Origin: the human T2T-CHM13v2.0 reference genome, Homo sapiens
Assembly (NCBI RefSeq): GCF_009914755.1
Contig: NC_060947.1
Length of the DNA stretch: 64,000 nucleotides
Strand: one strand, 5' to 3'
The notes under the pieces were generated by a model. That model did no database searches, had not been told where the DNA came from, and worked only from the letters and a program-made list of their open reading frames with translations. Made by a program: the position numbers and the translations under genes. Numbering within the stretch: position 1 is the stretch's first letter; the number at the start of each line of letters is the position of its first letter. Shown piece by piece: positions 41,792-54,536 of the stretch.

Positions 41792-44319
41792 TGTATTAGT
41801 CCATTTGCATTGCTATAAAGGAATACCTGAGACTCGTTAATTTATAAGAAAAAAAAAAGAGGTTTATTTTGGCTCACAATTCTGCAGATTGTACAGGAAA
41901 TATGGTGCTGGCATCTGCTTCTGGTAAGGGCCTCAGGAAGCTTACTTTCATAGTGGAAGTTAAAGGGGGAGCAGGCATATCACATGATGAGAGTAGGAGA
42001 AAGAGAAGTGGAAGGTAAAGGGGGAGCAGGCATATCACATGATGAGAGTAGGAGAAAGAGAAGGAGGAGGAAGTTCCAGGCTCTTTTAAAAAACTAAATC
42101 TTGCATTAATTAATAGACTGAAAACTCACACATTACTGCAAGAATGGCGCAAAGTCATTCATGAGAGATCCACCCCCATTATTCAAACTTCTCCCACCAG
42201 GCCCAACCTCTAACATTGGGATCACATTTCAACATGAGATTTGGAGGGGAGAAAACATCCAAATCATATCATTCCACCCCTGGCCCCACAAATACCATAT
42301 CCTTTTCACATTGCAAAATACAATCACTCCTTTCCAGTAGTCCCTAAATGTCTTAGTTCATTCTAGCATTAACTCAAAGTCCAAAGTCCAAATTCTCATC
42401 TGAAACTCAAGGCAAGTTCCTTTAGCCTATGAGCCTGTGAAATCAATACAAGTTATTTATTCCCAAGGTACAATGGTGGTACAGGTATTGAGTAGACATT
42501 CCCACTCCCAAAGGGAGAAATTGGCCAAAAGAAAGGAGCAACAGCTCCCATGTAAGTCTGAAACCCAGCAGGGGACATTTAACCTCAGATTTCCAAAAAT
42601 ATTCCTTGGTTCCATGTCCTACATCCTGGGCACACTGGTGCAAGGGGTGGGCTCCCAAGGGCTTGTGCAACCCTTCCCCTGGCTTTGCAGGGTGTAACCT
42701 CCATGGCTGTTCTCATGGTCTGAAGTTGAGTGCCTATGGCTTTTCTAGGCTCAACGGGCATGCTGCCAGTGGCTCTATCATTCTCAGGTATGGAGGGTGG
42801 CAGCCCCCTTCCTAAAGTTCCTGTAGCCAGTTCCTAGGTGGAGACTCTGTGTGGGAGCTCCAATCCCACATTTCCCCTCTGCATTGCCCTAGTAGAGTCT
42901 CTCTGCAGGGGCTCCACTGCTGCAGCAGACTTCTGCCTGGGCACCCAGGCTTTCCTATACATCCTCTGAAATCTAGGTAGAAGCTCCAAAGGCTCCTTCA
43001 TGCTCACATTCTATGCACCTGTATGGTAAACACCACATAGGAATCACCAAGGCTTATGACTTTTGCCCTCTGGAGCAATGGACTAAGCTGTACCTGGAGC
43101 CTTTGAGCCAAGGCTGGAGCCAGAGGGTCCTGAATGCAGGGAGCAGTGTCCTGAGGCTATGTGGGGCAGTTGGGCACTGGGCTCAGCCCCTGAAACCATT
43201 CTTTCATCCTAGGCCTCTGGGTTTGTGATGGAAGGGACTGTCCCAAAAACTTCTGAAATGGCTTTTAGCCCTTTTCCCCAGTATTAGCACCTGGCTCCCT
43301 TTTAGTCATGTAAATCTATCTAGCAAGTGGTTGCTCCATAGCAGCCTGCTTGGATTCCTCTCCTGAGTATACTCTTTCCTTCTCTACCACATATCCAGGC
43401 TGCAAATTTTCCAAATTTTTACACTCTGCATTCCTTTTAAATATAAGTTCCAAATTTAAGTCATTTATTTGCTCTGGAATCAAATCACAAGCTGTTAGAA
43501 GCAGCCATGCCACATCTTGAACACTTTGCTGCTTAGAAATTTCTTCCACCAGATACCCTAAATCATCACTCTTAAGTTCAACCTTCCACCAATCCCTATG
43601 GCATAAGCACAATGCAGCCAAGTTTTTGCTACCATGTAACAAGGGTGATCTTTGCTCCAGTACTCAATAACTTCCTCATGTTCATCTCAGACCTTATCAG
43701 CCTGGCCTTCACTGTCCATATTTCTATCAACATTTTGGTCACAACCAATTAACTAGTGTCTAAGAAGTTCCAAACTTTCCCTCATCTTCCTGTCTTCTTC
43801 TAAGCCCTCCAAACTCTTCCAACCCCTGCTTGTTACATATTTCCAAGGTGACTTCCACACTTTCAGGTATCTTTATAGGAATGCTCTACTACTCCACAGT
43901 ACCAATTTTCTGTATTAGGCCATTTATGTTGCTGTAAAGGAATACCCAAAACTGAGTAATTTATTAAAAAAGAGGTTTACTTTGGCTCACAATTCCACAG
44001 ACTGTACAGGAAGCAGGGTGCTGGCATCTGCTTCTGGTGAGGGCCTCAGGAAGCTTACAATCATAGCGGAAGGTGAAGGGCAAACAGGTATATCACACGA
44101 TGAAAGTGGGAGGAAGAGAGAGAGGAGGGAGTTCCAGGCTCTTTTAAACAACTAGATCTTATGTTAACTCACAGAAGGAGAATTCATTCATTACCACAAA
44201 GCCATTCATGAGAGATTCACCCCCATGATTCAAACATCTCCCACCAGACCCCAACTCCAACTTTGGGGATAACATTTCAACCTGAGATTTGAAGGGGACA
44301 AAATATCCAAACCATAGCA
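41792..44319 (-). mobile_element. Full-length MaLR MST element (LTR 41792-42271, internal, LTR 43911-44319) nested in ERVL
   Basis: Two similar LTRs (tgtattag(t/g)ccattt...gctgtaaaggaatacc...atccaaa(t/c)cata(t/g)ca) around MST/THE1-int sequence (minus ORF ...DLGYLVEEISKQQSVQDVAWLLL...). Confidence 0.9.
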
Positions 44320-47300
44320 GGTGTGGACATTCTGGATAGATGGTCCTGAGAATGTTGGTTCCGCAGATTACTCTGAACCCTCAGAAGTTGCAGAGGTGGC
44401 CCATGATTGTCTCATAAGAATAAACACTTTCCTCATGTTACAGAGGCCTCACCCAGCAATGCAACAAGTGCCACCCTCAGAAACTGCCCTTACTTCCTTG
44501 GAAAGGTTACCAGACCATTAATTAGGGCTAAGTGACAGCAGGATGCAGCCAAGGACATTCTGAGCCTGATAAGGAAGGAATGAGATTATATACTGAAGTT
44601 GTCGTATGTAAGAATTACATAGCATGTACTGGTAGGAGCCGGGGAAATAGCCTTGATATCGGGTTTTAATGATACTTGATCAAGGTAACCAGAATATACT
44701 GGATAAGCAATAATCATTGAGTTGAAAGCACTTTCTGGGAACATGGGATTTAACACTCTAGCAAGGACCCTAGGAAGTGAAGTAAACTTGCTGCTAGTGT
44801 GGTTCTTCAAAGCCTGGAGAAAGCAATGGCCCCTGCTGAGTGAAGTAGAGATGACTGAAGTACCCTGGCATCCCATAGAGGAAGAAATACAAAGTTCCAG
44901 GGCAGCCTAGAATGACTATATTATGGAAAACCAGAAAACCCAGCCAAAGATAGTGTTTCACAGCTATCACCAGCCCTTGATGATCAGCCAACATGGGTGT
45001 TGCTCAACATATACAAGCTGAAAAAGACAAGAGTGTAAGACTAGGAGGCTGAGAGAGGTTTCCTCAATAAGAATTCATGACCCTTGTTCAGTTGCTGAAT
45101 CCAAGCTAATTTTTAGATCCAGAACACATTTATTAAAGGAGGAGCCAGATCTCTAGAAAAAAGAACCTTGTAGCATCTCAGTAAGTATGTAATTACAATA
45201 ATTCTTTCAGTCCTTCCACAAAGGGAATTATAGCCATTCATTAGATGACTGTGTACAAGGGGAATAAGAATACCCAGACATTTCAACAACTATTGAACAC
45301 AGTGCCTGAGTTTGACATTGATACCTAGAGACCCAAGGCATCATGATGGCCTGACTATTATAGTGGGAGTTTACAGAGGCCAGGTAATAAACAAATTTCT
45401 GTGTAAAGTCTGGCTCACTGTGGATCTACAGCTTCTATATTCTTTTCCCTCACATCCTGATTGTATAATTAGGATTTATATACTTGGCATTTGGAATAAC
45501 TACTTATTGAGTCATTGTCCTGTGGGATGTGAAATCTCATAGTGGGAAAGGTTAAGTGGAAACTTATGGTGATGCCCTTACTTCTGGGCAAGGCAATAAA
45601 TCACAAATAATATAGCATTCTCAAGGTGGAGAAAGAAATTACTGTCACTGTTAAAGACCTAATAGATACAGGAGCTGTGGTCTCTATCATATTTTCACTT
45701 GCTTTGCCAATCTTGCTTTTGCAGAACCTAATTGGATTCTGGAGAATAATAGCATGCTACCACAAGTCCAGCCATGGAGTATCCTTGATAAAAGCTGCTG
45801 TACTGTATGTGGTAGCATTGCCAGAGTAGATTAAAAAAGCCTAATTACGTGGTATGTAGCTTTTGATGTGGTTAATGTATTCTTTTGCATTTACTTAAAA
45901 AAAGGATCAGAACATTTACTTTCACATGGAGATAACATATTCATTTATAGTTTTGCCTCAGGGCAAACAAAATATACACTCCCACAGGGCTTCACATTGA
46001 CCCATTATATCCATGATATGCTGATTGGACAGGAAGAGCAAGATGTGGTTATTACACTAGAGGCCTTTGTAAGACACATGGGCTCTAGACTGTGGAAGAT
46101 AAGCCCATTACTTTACAGAAATTATAACAGGTTCAGTGGTTGTAAGAATGCCAGGATATCTCCTGCAGAGTTAAAGACAAGTTACTGCATCTTGTATCGT
46201 CTCCCACAAAGAAGGAAGCACAGCATCTGGCAGGCCTCTTTGGGTTTTTGAAGCAACACATTTTATACCCTCTAAGTCATAAAGTAAGATGAATCCAGCA
46301 GTAGCCCATAATACGGTGGAAACAGAATATCCTAGATTAAGTCCGAGGAAAACCAGAGGACACAGGTTAGGTATATGAGCAGATAGCCCAGATCCCCATG
46401 CTATCCACCACAGTTGCACCAGTGCCTCTCCTTTGGTTTGAACCTATAGCCATATTAAAGTATGTGGTCCCATATAACCAGTTGAAGGAAAGCTCAAGCT
46501 TGGTTTACAGGATCAGCTTGGTATGTGAACGTAAGTCAAAATACGTGGTGACTGTATTACAGCCCCATTTAGAGGTGGTCCTGAAAGGCAGCAGGGAGTG
46601 AAAATATTTTCCCAGTGGGTAGAACTGCAAGCAGTGCACCTGATTATCCACTTTTTGTGGAAAAAGAAGTGGTCCAAGATGGTAATATATATGCATTATT
46701 GGACAGTAGCCAAAGGTCTGGTGAGCTGGTCAGGAGCTTGGAAGGAAAAGATCAGAGAAAGGGAAGTCTAGAGTAGAGGCATGTGGATAGACATATTGGA
46801 AGTGATATGAAATAGGAAGATTTTTGTATCAATCCTATTTTAATGTTCACATGAAAGCATCAATTGTGAAAGAGTAACTGAAGAACTAAGTAGACAAAGC
46901 GACTTTGACCACTGACATTAACCAGCATTCATTCTGGCCTTCTCAGGACTGGTCCAATAGACATCTCAAAGAACTAGCCATGGCAGAAGAAATGGAGGTA
47001 ATATATGGGCCCAATATCACAGACTCCTGTGTACCAAGACAATTTAGCTGCTTCCCTGTATGAATATCCAACCTGCAGCAACAGCGACCAAGGCTCTATC
47101 TCAAATACGACACTATTTATGAAGACCACTTAGCAGTGAATTGACTATATTGTATGCTTTTTATCCTGGAACAGTCAGTGGTTCATGCTCACAGAACTAT
47201 GTACCTATTCTGGGTATGGATTTGCCTTTTCTGCCTGCACAGCCTCATTAAGCATCTGAGGGATTTGGGGGTTCTTGAGCCATAGTCTCGGAATCCCACA

Positions 47301-48726
47301 CAACAGAGCATCTGGACAGGGTAGTCACTTCATAGTAAAGAAGGGGCACAAATGGGTCCAGAACAAGAGGATCCACTTATCATATCAAATACTGCACCAT
47401 CCAGAAGGAGCTGACCTCACAGAACAATTCTGAAGGCAAAGATAAAGCACCAATAAAAGTAAACCCTGAAAAAATTGGGTGCCGTTCTCCAGGATGCAGT
47501 GTATACATTAAATCACAGACCTATACGTTAGGCTTTAGATCTAATTGGAAGAATGGGATTAGGAATAAGAGGTGAAAGCAGGAGTGTGCCTACTCCCCAT
47601 CGTAGTGGCCCACAAGGATCACAGCAGTGGTTTGAACACGGATTGGACTACTGATATCCAGGAATCGCCGCACAAGAAGGGGAATCCACATGTGGCAGGA
47701 GTAATTGACTATGATGTGTAGGAGGGGTAGGGCTGCTTTAGTAAAATGAGTAAGAAAGGAATACATATGAAACCAGGTGATCTACTTGAGTGCCTCCTGG
47801 TATTCTCTTGCTTCATTTAACTGTGAATGGATAATGTCATTGAAAAGAGTTTGGACACCTCCACAATGAAAGTTTGGTTCACATGGCTAAGTAAGCTTCC
47901 AAGACTTGTCAAAATAATAACTGTGTGAGGGACATTTCAAATAGGTAGTGGAAAAGGAAGATAATAATTACCAGTTCTGGCCCAGAAACTAAATGCAGCA
48001 AGGGGGGCTGTAGTGTGTCCCACTATCCTCCCTCTTCAAAGTTTGGCTTCATAAAGAGAAGCTTAAAGGAATAAGGAAGGAACTGTTCCATGAACCTGAA
48101 TGGAGAAATAGATCTGTCGAGTACAAAGGTGGACTGTGGTGACTATGAAAATGTGCTGCTCAGATCCCTGGCTATAGAGAGCATAGTTACTTGATGGCCC
48201 CAGCTGCTGTCCCTCGGGACCAACTATTGCATTTGCACCAAAGCCATGCTTCCCTCAGACTTCTCCTAGATAATCACTGAGTGGGAAATAGTAGTGCGGG
48301 TCAATTCCTCAGAGATGAGGAACACCTCCAACAGGCAACTTTGACTCGTGGTATCCCTATCAACCTTTAAGAAATCTTAGAACTGTGGGGCAGTCTGAAA
48401 GTATTCCTACCTATCTTTATTTTTTCCTTCCTCTTCTCCTTTCACAGACATCATTTCTGCATTATGATCCAAAGGCTCTTCCTGACTTCTGCTCCCTCCC
48501 CTTTATCCCCTTTTCCCATAATTAATCTCTTTCACAGGAGTCTTATCTTGGTGTCTGCCTCTCAGGGAACCTGAACTAACATAGGTACTAATAAAAGTAT
48601 TGTTTAGAATCACTTGATTATATATCGAGAAGCATAGCGTCCAAAGAAAATCCACCAAATATCATGGCTATATTAAAAATAAAGCAGTAATAGTTGTTTA
48701 TTTTATTTAAAAGCTTACTGAATATA

Positions 48727-49050
48727 GGCCAGGCACAGTCGCTCATGCCTGTAAGCCCGGCACTTTAGGAGGCCAAGCCTGGCGAATTGCTTGAGCCCAG
48801 GAGTTCGAGACCAGCCTGGGCAGTATGGTGAAACCATGTCTGTACAAAAAAATACAAAAATTAGCCTGGCACGATGGTGTGTGCCTGTAGTCCCAGCTAC
48901 TCGGAAGACTGAGGTGGGAGGGTCACCTGATCCTGGGAGGTCAAGGCTGCAGTGAACAGAAATCACGCCATTGCATTCCAGCATGGGCAACAGAGTGAGA
49001 CCCTGCTTCAGAAAAGCAAAACAAAACACAAAAAGCAAAAAAAAAAAAAA
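48727..49050 (+). mobile_element. Alu (J-type)
   Basis: ttgcttgagcccaggagttcgagacc and aggtcaaggctgcagtga diagnostics; flanking repeat ttactgaata. Confidence 0.93.
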
Positions 49051-49084
49051 CATGGTTACTGAATAATATGTTTTCTTTCATTTT

Positions 49085-52000
49085 CCTTTTTTAATTTATC
49101 TTTTATTCTAAGTTCAGGGGTACATGTGCAGGTTTGTTATATAGTTAAACTTATTTCATGGGAGTTTGTGGTACACATTATTTCCTCACCCAGATATTAA
49201 ACCTAGTGTACATTAATTATTTTTCCTGATCCTCTCCCTCCTGCCAACCTCCACCCTCTAATAGGCCCCAGTGTGTGTTGTTCCCCTCTATGTGTCCATG
49301 CGTTCTCATCATTTAGCTCCCAGTTATAAGTCAGAACATGTGGTATTTGATGTTCTGTTCCTGCATTAGTTTGGCTAAGGATAATGGCCTCCAGCTCCAT
49401 CCAAGTTTCTGCAAAGGACATGATTGTGTTCTTTTTATGGCTGCATGGTATTACATGGTGTATATGTACCACATTTTCGTTATCCAGTCTATTTTTACTG
49501 ATGAGTATTTAGGTTGATTCCATGTCTTTGCTTTTGTGAATAGTGCTGCAATAAACATACGTGTGCATGTGTCTTTATGATAGAACAATTTATATTCCTT
49601 TGGGTGTATACCAAGTAGTGAGATTGCTGGGATGAATGGTAGTTCTGTTTTTAGGTCTTTGAGGAATCGCCACATTGTCTTCCACAATGCTTGAAGTAAC
49701 TTACACTCCTCAGCCGCAGTGTATAAGTTTTCCTTCCCCCACATCCGCACCCCCCCACCCCGAGCCTCACTGCCATCTGTTATTTTTTGACTTTTTAATA
49801 ATAGCCATCCTGACTGGTGTGAGATGTTATCTCATTGTGGTTTTGATGTGCATTTATCTAATGATCAGTGATGAGATTTTTTCATGATTGTTGGTTTGCA
49901 TGTATGTCTTCTTTTGAAAAGTGTCTGTTCGTGCACTTTGCCCACTTTTTAACAGGTTGTTTGTTTTTTCTTGTAAATTTAAGTTCCTTGTAGATGCTGG
50001 ATATTAGACCCCTGTCAGATGTGCAGTTTGCAAAAACTTTCTCCCATTCTGTAGGTTGTCTGTTCATTCTGTTGATAGTTTCCTTTGTTGTGCAGAAGTT
50101 CTTTAGTTTAATTAGATCTCATTTGTCAATTTTTGTTTTTGTTGCAATTGCTTTTGGCGTCATCATCATGAAATCTTTGCCTGTTCCTATATCCGGAATG
50201 CTATTGCCTAGGTTATCTTCAAGGGTTTTTATAGTTTTGGGTTTTACAGTTAAGTCTTTAATCCTTCTTGAGTTGATTTTTGTATATGATATAAAGAAGG
50301 GATCCAGTTTCAATCTTCTGCATATGACTAGCCAGTTCTCCCAGCATCATTTATTAAACAGGAAATCCTTTTCACATTGCTTGTTCTTGTCAGCTTTGTA
50401 GAAGATCAGATAGTTGTAGGTGTGTAGCCTTATTTCTGGGTTCTCTACTCTGTTCCATTGTTCTGTGTGTCTGTTTTTGTATCAGTACCATGCTGTTTTG
50501 TTTACTGTAGCCCTGCAGTACAATTTGAAGTTGGGTACTGTGATGTCTCCAGCTTTGTTCTTTTTGCTTAGGATTGCATTGGCTATTCGGGCTCTTTTTT
50601 GGTTCCATATGAATTTTAACCTAGTTTTATCTAGTTCTGTGCACAATGTCAATGGTACTTTAATAGGAATAGCATTTACTTTATAAATTGCTTTGGGCAG
50701 TATGGCCATTTTAATGACAGTGATTCTTCCTATCCATGAACATGGATTTTTTTTTCACTTGTTTGTGTCATCTCTGATTTCTTTGAACAGTGTTTTGTAG
50801 TTCTACATGTAGAGATCTTTCACCTCCCTGTTTAGCTCTATTCCTGGATATTTTAATTATTTTCTGGCAATTGTGAGTGGGATTGCATTCCTGATTTGGA
50901 TTTCAGCTTGACTGTTGCTTGTGTATAGGAATGTTAGTGATTTCTGCACAGTGATTTTGTATCCTGAGAATTTGCTGAAGTTGTATATCAGCTTAAGAAC
51001 TTTGGGACTGAGACTATGGGGCTTTCTAGATATAGGATCATGTCATCTGCAAACAGGGTAGTTTGACGTCTTGTCTTCCTAGTTAGATGATCTTTATTTC
51101 TTTCTCTTACTTAATTGCCTGGCCAAAACTTCCAATACTATGTTGAATATGAGTGGTGAGAGAGGGCATTCTTGTCTTGTGCCGGTTTTCAAGGGGAATG
51201 TTTCCAGCTTTTGCCCATTCAGTATGATGTAAGCCGTGGATTTGTCATAGATGGCACTTATTATTTTGAGGTATGTTCCTTCAATGCCTAGTTTGTTGAG
51301 AGTTTTTAACATGAAGGAGTGTTGAATTTTATTGAAAGTCTTTTCTGCATCTATTGAGACGATCATGTGGTTTTTGTCTTCAGTTCTGTTTATGTGATTT
51401 ATCACAATTACTGACTTGTGTATGTTGAACCAACCTTGCATCCCCTGGAAGAAGCCTGTTTGATCATGGTGGATGAGCTTTTTGATGTGCTGCTGGATTT
51501 GGTTTGCCAGCATTTTGTTGGGAATTTTTACATCAATGTCCATCAAGGATATAAGGCTAAGTTTTTTTTGTGTTGTTGTGTTTCTGCTAGGTTTTGGTAT
51601 CAGGATGATGCTGGCCTCATAGAATGAGCTAGGGAGGAGTCCCTCCGCCTTAATTTTTTGAAATAGTTTCAGCAGGAAGGGTACCAACTCTTCTTTGTAT
51701 ATCTGATAGAATTCAGCTATGAATCCCTCTGATCCCGGGCTTCTTTTGGTTGGTAGGCTGTTTTTTTTACTGACTCAATTTTGGAGCTTGTTATTGGTCT
51801 GTCCAGGAATTTAATTTCTTCCTGGTTCTGTCCTGGGATGTGTATGTGTCCAGGAATTTATTCATATCTTCCAGATTTTCTAGTTCATAATGTGCACAGG
51901 GGTGTTCATAATATTGTCTAATGGTTACTTATGTTTCTGTGGGGTCAGGAGTAATATCCCCCTTGTTGTTTCTGATTGTGTTTATTTGAATCTTCTCTCT

Positions 52001-52918
52001 TTTCTTCTTTATTAGTCTAGCTAGAGGCCTATGTATTTTATTAATGGTTTTCAAAAATAGCTCCTGGATTGGTTGATCTTTTGAATGGATTTTTGTGTCT
52101 CAGTCTCCTTCAGTTCAGCTCTAATTTTGGTTATTTTTTTTCTTCTGTTAGCTTTGGGATTGGTATGCTTTTGAGTATCTAGTTATTTTAGTTATGATGT
52201 TAGGTCATTAACTTGAGATGTTTCTAACTTTTTGAGGTGGACATTTAGTGCCATAAATTTAACTCTTAACACTACCTTAGCTGTGTCTCAGATATTCTAG
52301 TATGTCATATCTTTGTTCTCATTAGTTTCAAAGAACTTCTTGATCCTGACTTAATTTTGTTATTTACCCAAAAGTCATTCAAGAGCAGGTTATTCAATTT
52401 CCATGTAATTGTATGGTTTTGAGTGAATTTCTTAGTCTTAATTTCTATTTTGATTGCACTGTGGTTCACGAGATTGTTATGATTTCAGTTCTTTTGTATT
52501 TGCTGAGAAGTGTTTTACTTCCAATTACATGATTGATTTTAGAGTATGTGCCATGTAGAGGTGAGAAGAATGTATATTCTGTTGGTTTTGTATGGAGATT
52601 TCTGTAATGTCTATCAAGTCCATTTGATCCAGTGCTGAGTTCAGGTCCCGAATATCTTTGTTAATTTTCTCAGTCTTTGCTCTGTCTAATGATGTCAGTG
52701 TGGTGTTAAAGTCTTCAACTATTATTGTGTAGGCATCTAAGTCCCTTTGAAGGTCTTTAAGAACTTGATTTATGAATCTGTGTGCTCCCGTGTTGGGTGC
52801 ATATATATTTAGGGTAGTTAGATCTTCCTTTTTAATTGAACTCTTTACCATTTTGTAATATGCTTCTTTGTTTTGTTTTGTTTTTTTCTTCATTGGTTTA
52901 AAGCCTGTTCTGTCTGAA
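49085..52918 (-). mobile_element. LINE-1, ORF2 (endonuclease to C-terminus) plus 3'UTR, degraded
   Basis: Minus ORFs 52525-52893 (LNIYAPNTGA, EN), 51094-51687 (RT), 50482-50709 and 49451-49750; T-rich tail near 49085-49105. Confidence 0.94.
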
Positions 52919-53366
52919 GGAGACAGTTTTGGGCTTGCTGAATTTAAAGCATCTCAAAAGACCTTCAAGTATTATCAAGAGGTAAAATCCTTTCCTAGAT
53001 TTCAGGCCTGAAGGAAAAATAGCATCTGGTTCAAAGGTTTAAGTCTATGGCAGTGGAAACTAAGTCACACATCCAGACTAGATGCAGAACTAGGGTTAGA
53101 AGTCGGGGTCTCTACTTCTAGTTTATGGTTCTTCCTGCTGCAGGAAGAGAGTGTCTCTGGAACCATGAGGTACCCTTCTAAGAGAATTTAGCCAACGCTT
53201 TTTCATCTGAGACTAACTTCAGTTTATTCAGCCCTTATCAAGTCTAAACATAGGTCCTCTTAGCCTGTCAATTTAAAGGTCTTTCATTATTTTAAATGCT
53301 GTTTGGGAGATTATGATCCTGTATCAATTATCTAGGTAAAAAGCAATCTACTCATTTAACCCCCCC

Positions 53367-53652
53367 TTTTTTTTTTGACGGAGTCTCAGTGTGTCGCCCA
53401 GGCTGGAGTGCAGTGGCACAATCTTGAATCACTGCAACCTCTGCCTCCCGGGTTCAAGCAAGTCTCTGCCTTAGCCTACCGAGTAGCTGGGATTATAGGC
53501 ATCTGCCACCACGTCTGGCTAATTTTTGTATTTTTAGTAGAGATGGGATTTCACCATCTTGGCTAGGCTGGTCTTGAACTCCTGACCTCGTGATCCACCT
53601 GCCTCAGCCTCCCAAAGTGCTGGGATTACAGGCATGAGCCACTGCTCCTGCC
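53367..53652 (-). mobile_element. Alu (S-type), antisense, 21 nt upstream of a TCP11-like exon acceptor
   Basis: Poly-T then gacggagtctc...gagccactgctcctgcc; flanking repeat ctcattt(a/g)accc at 53351 and 53653. Confidence 0.95.
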
Positions 53653-54225
53653 CTCATTTGACCCTTCTTATAGTGTGGAAGGCAGGTTTACAGGGGCAAT
53701 GTACAAAGCTTTTTGGAACCATCTGAAAGAACAGCTATTGAGTACTCCTCCTGACTTCACTTGTGCTCTTGAACTTCTAAAAGAAGTTAAGGAGGTGAGT
53801 AACCAACCTCCCATTTGGAGATGGGAAGTTCCTGGGCATCTCAGAACCTTGGATTGTCAATGGCTATTAATATCTTAAGTAGCATACTTTTTTAACGTGG
53901 CCTGCTACTTAAATAGATAGGATGAGGCAGCTTCCATTTTATTTGTGTAAGACGAAACTTGACAGTTGGGTGATTATTATAAAAATATGTAATTCAATTA
54001 AACAAATTATTACTGAAATCCCACTATGGTCTGTGTGTTTCAGAAACCCAAAGATGAATAGGACAGCCCTTTCCCACAAGGAACTTACATGTTTGAGTCA
54101 AAAGGCTATTTCAAGTGGCCCATAAAGATTCCAAATTTGCTATTTTATCCTCATGCTTTGGAGTAAAACTATCTAAAAATGTCCTTATCCTTTATTAAGA
54201 ATAAATAATCTTATTTCCTTTATTA

Positions 54226-54536
<311 letters not shown>

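Larger units (their letters stand above)
40461..48581 (+). mobile_element. Ancient two-LTR ERVL-class provirus (LTR16-like LTRs about 40461-40905 and 48135-48581), degraded gag/pol, with nested insertions
   Basis: Two mutually similar LTRs of about 445 bp (...atgaaaatg...agatc...ctaaca); purine tract before the 3' LTR; pol remnants GFWRIIACYHK, WYVAFDVVNVFF, HYIHDMLIG (YIDD-like), QWVELQAVHL (RNase H) and TYSGYGFAF (integrase-like). Confidence 0.75.
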
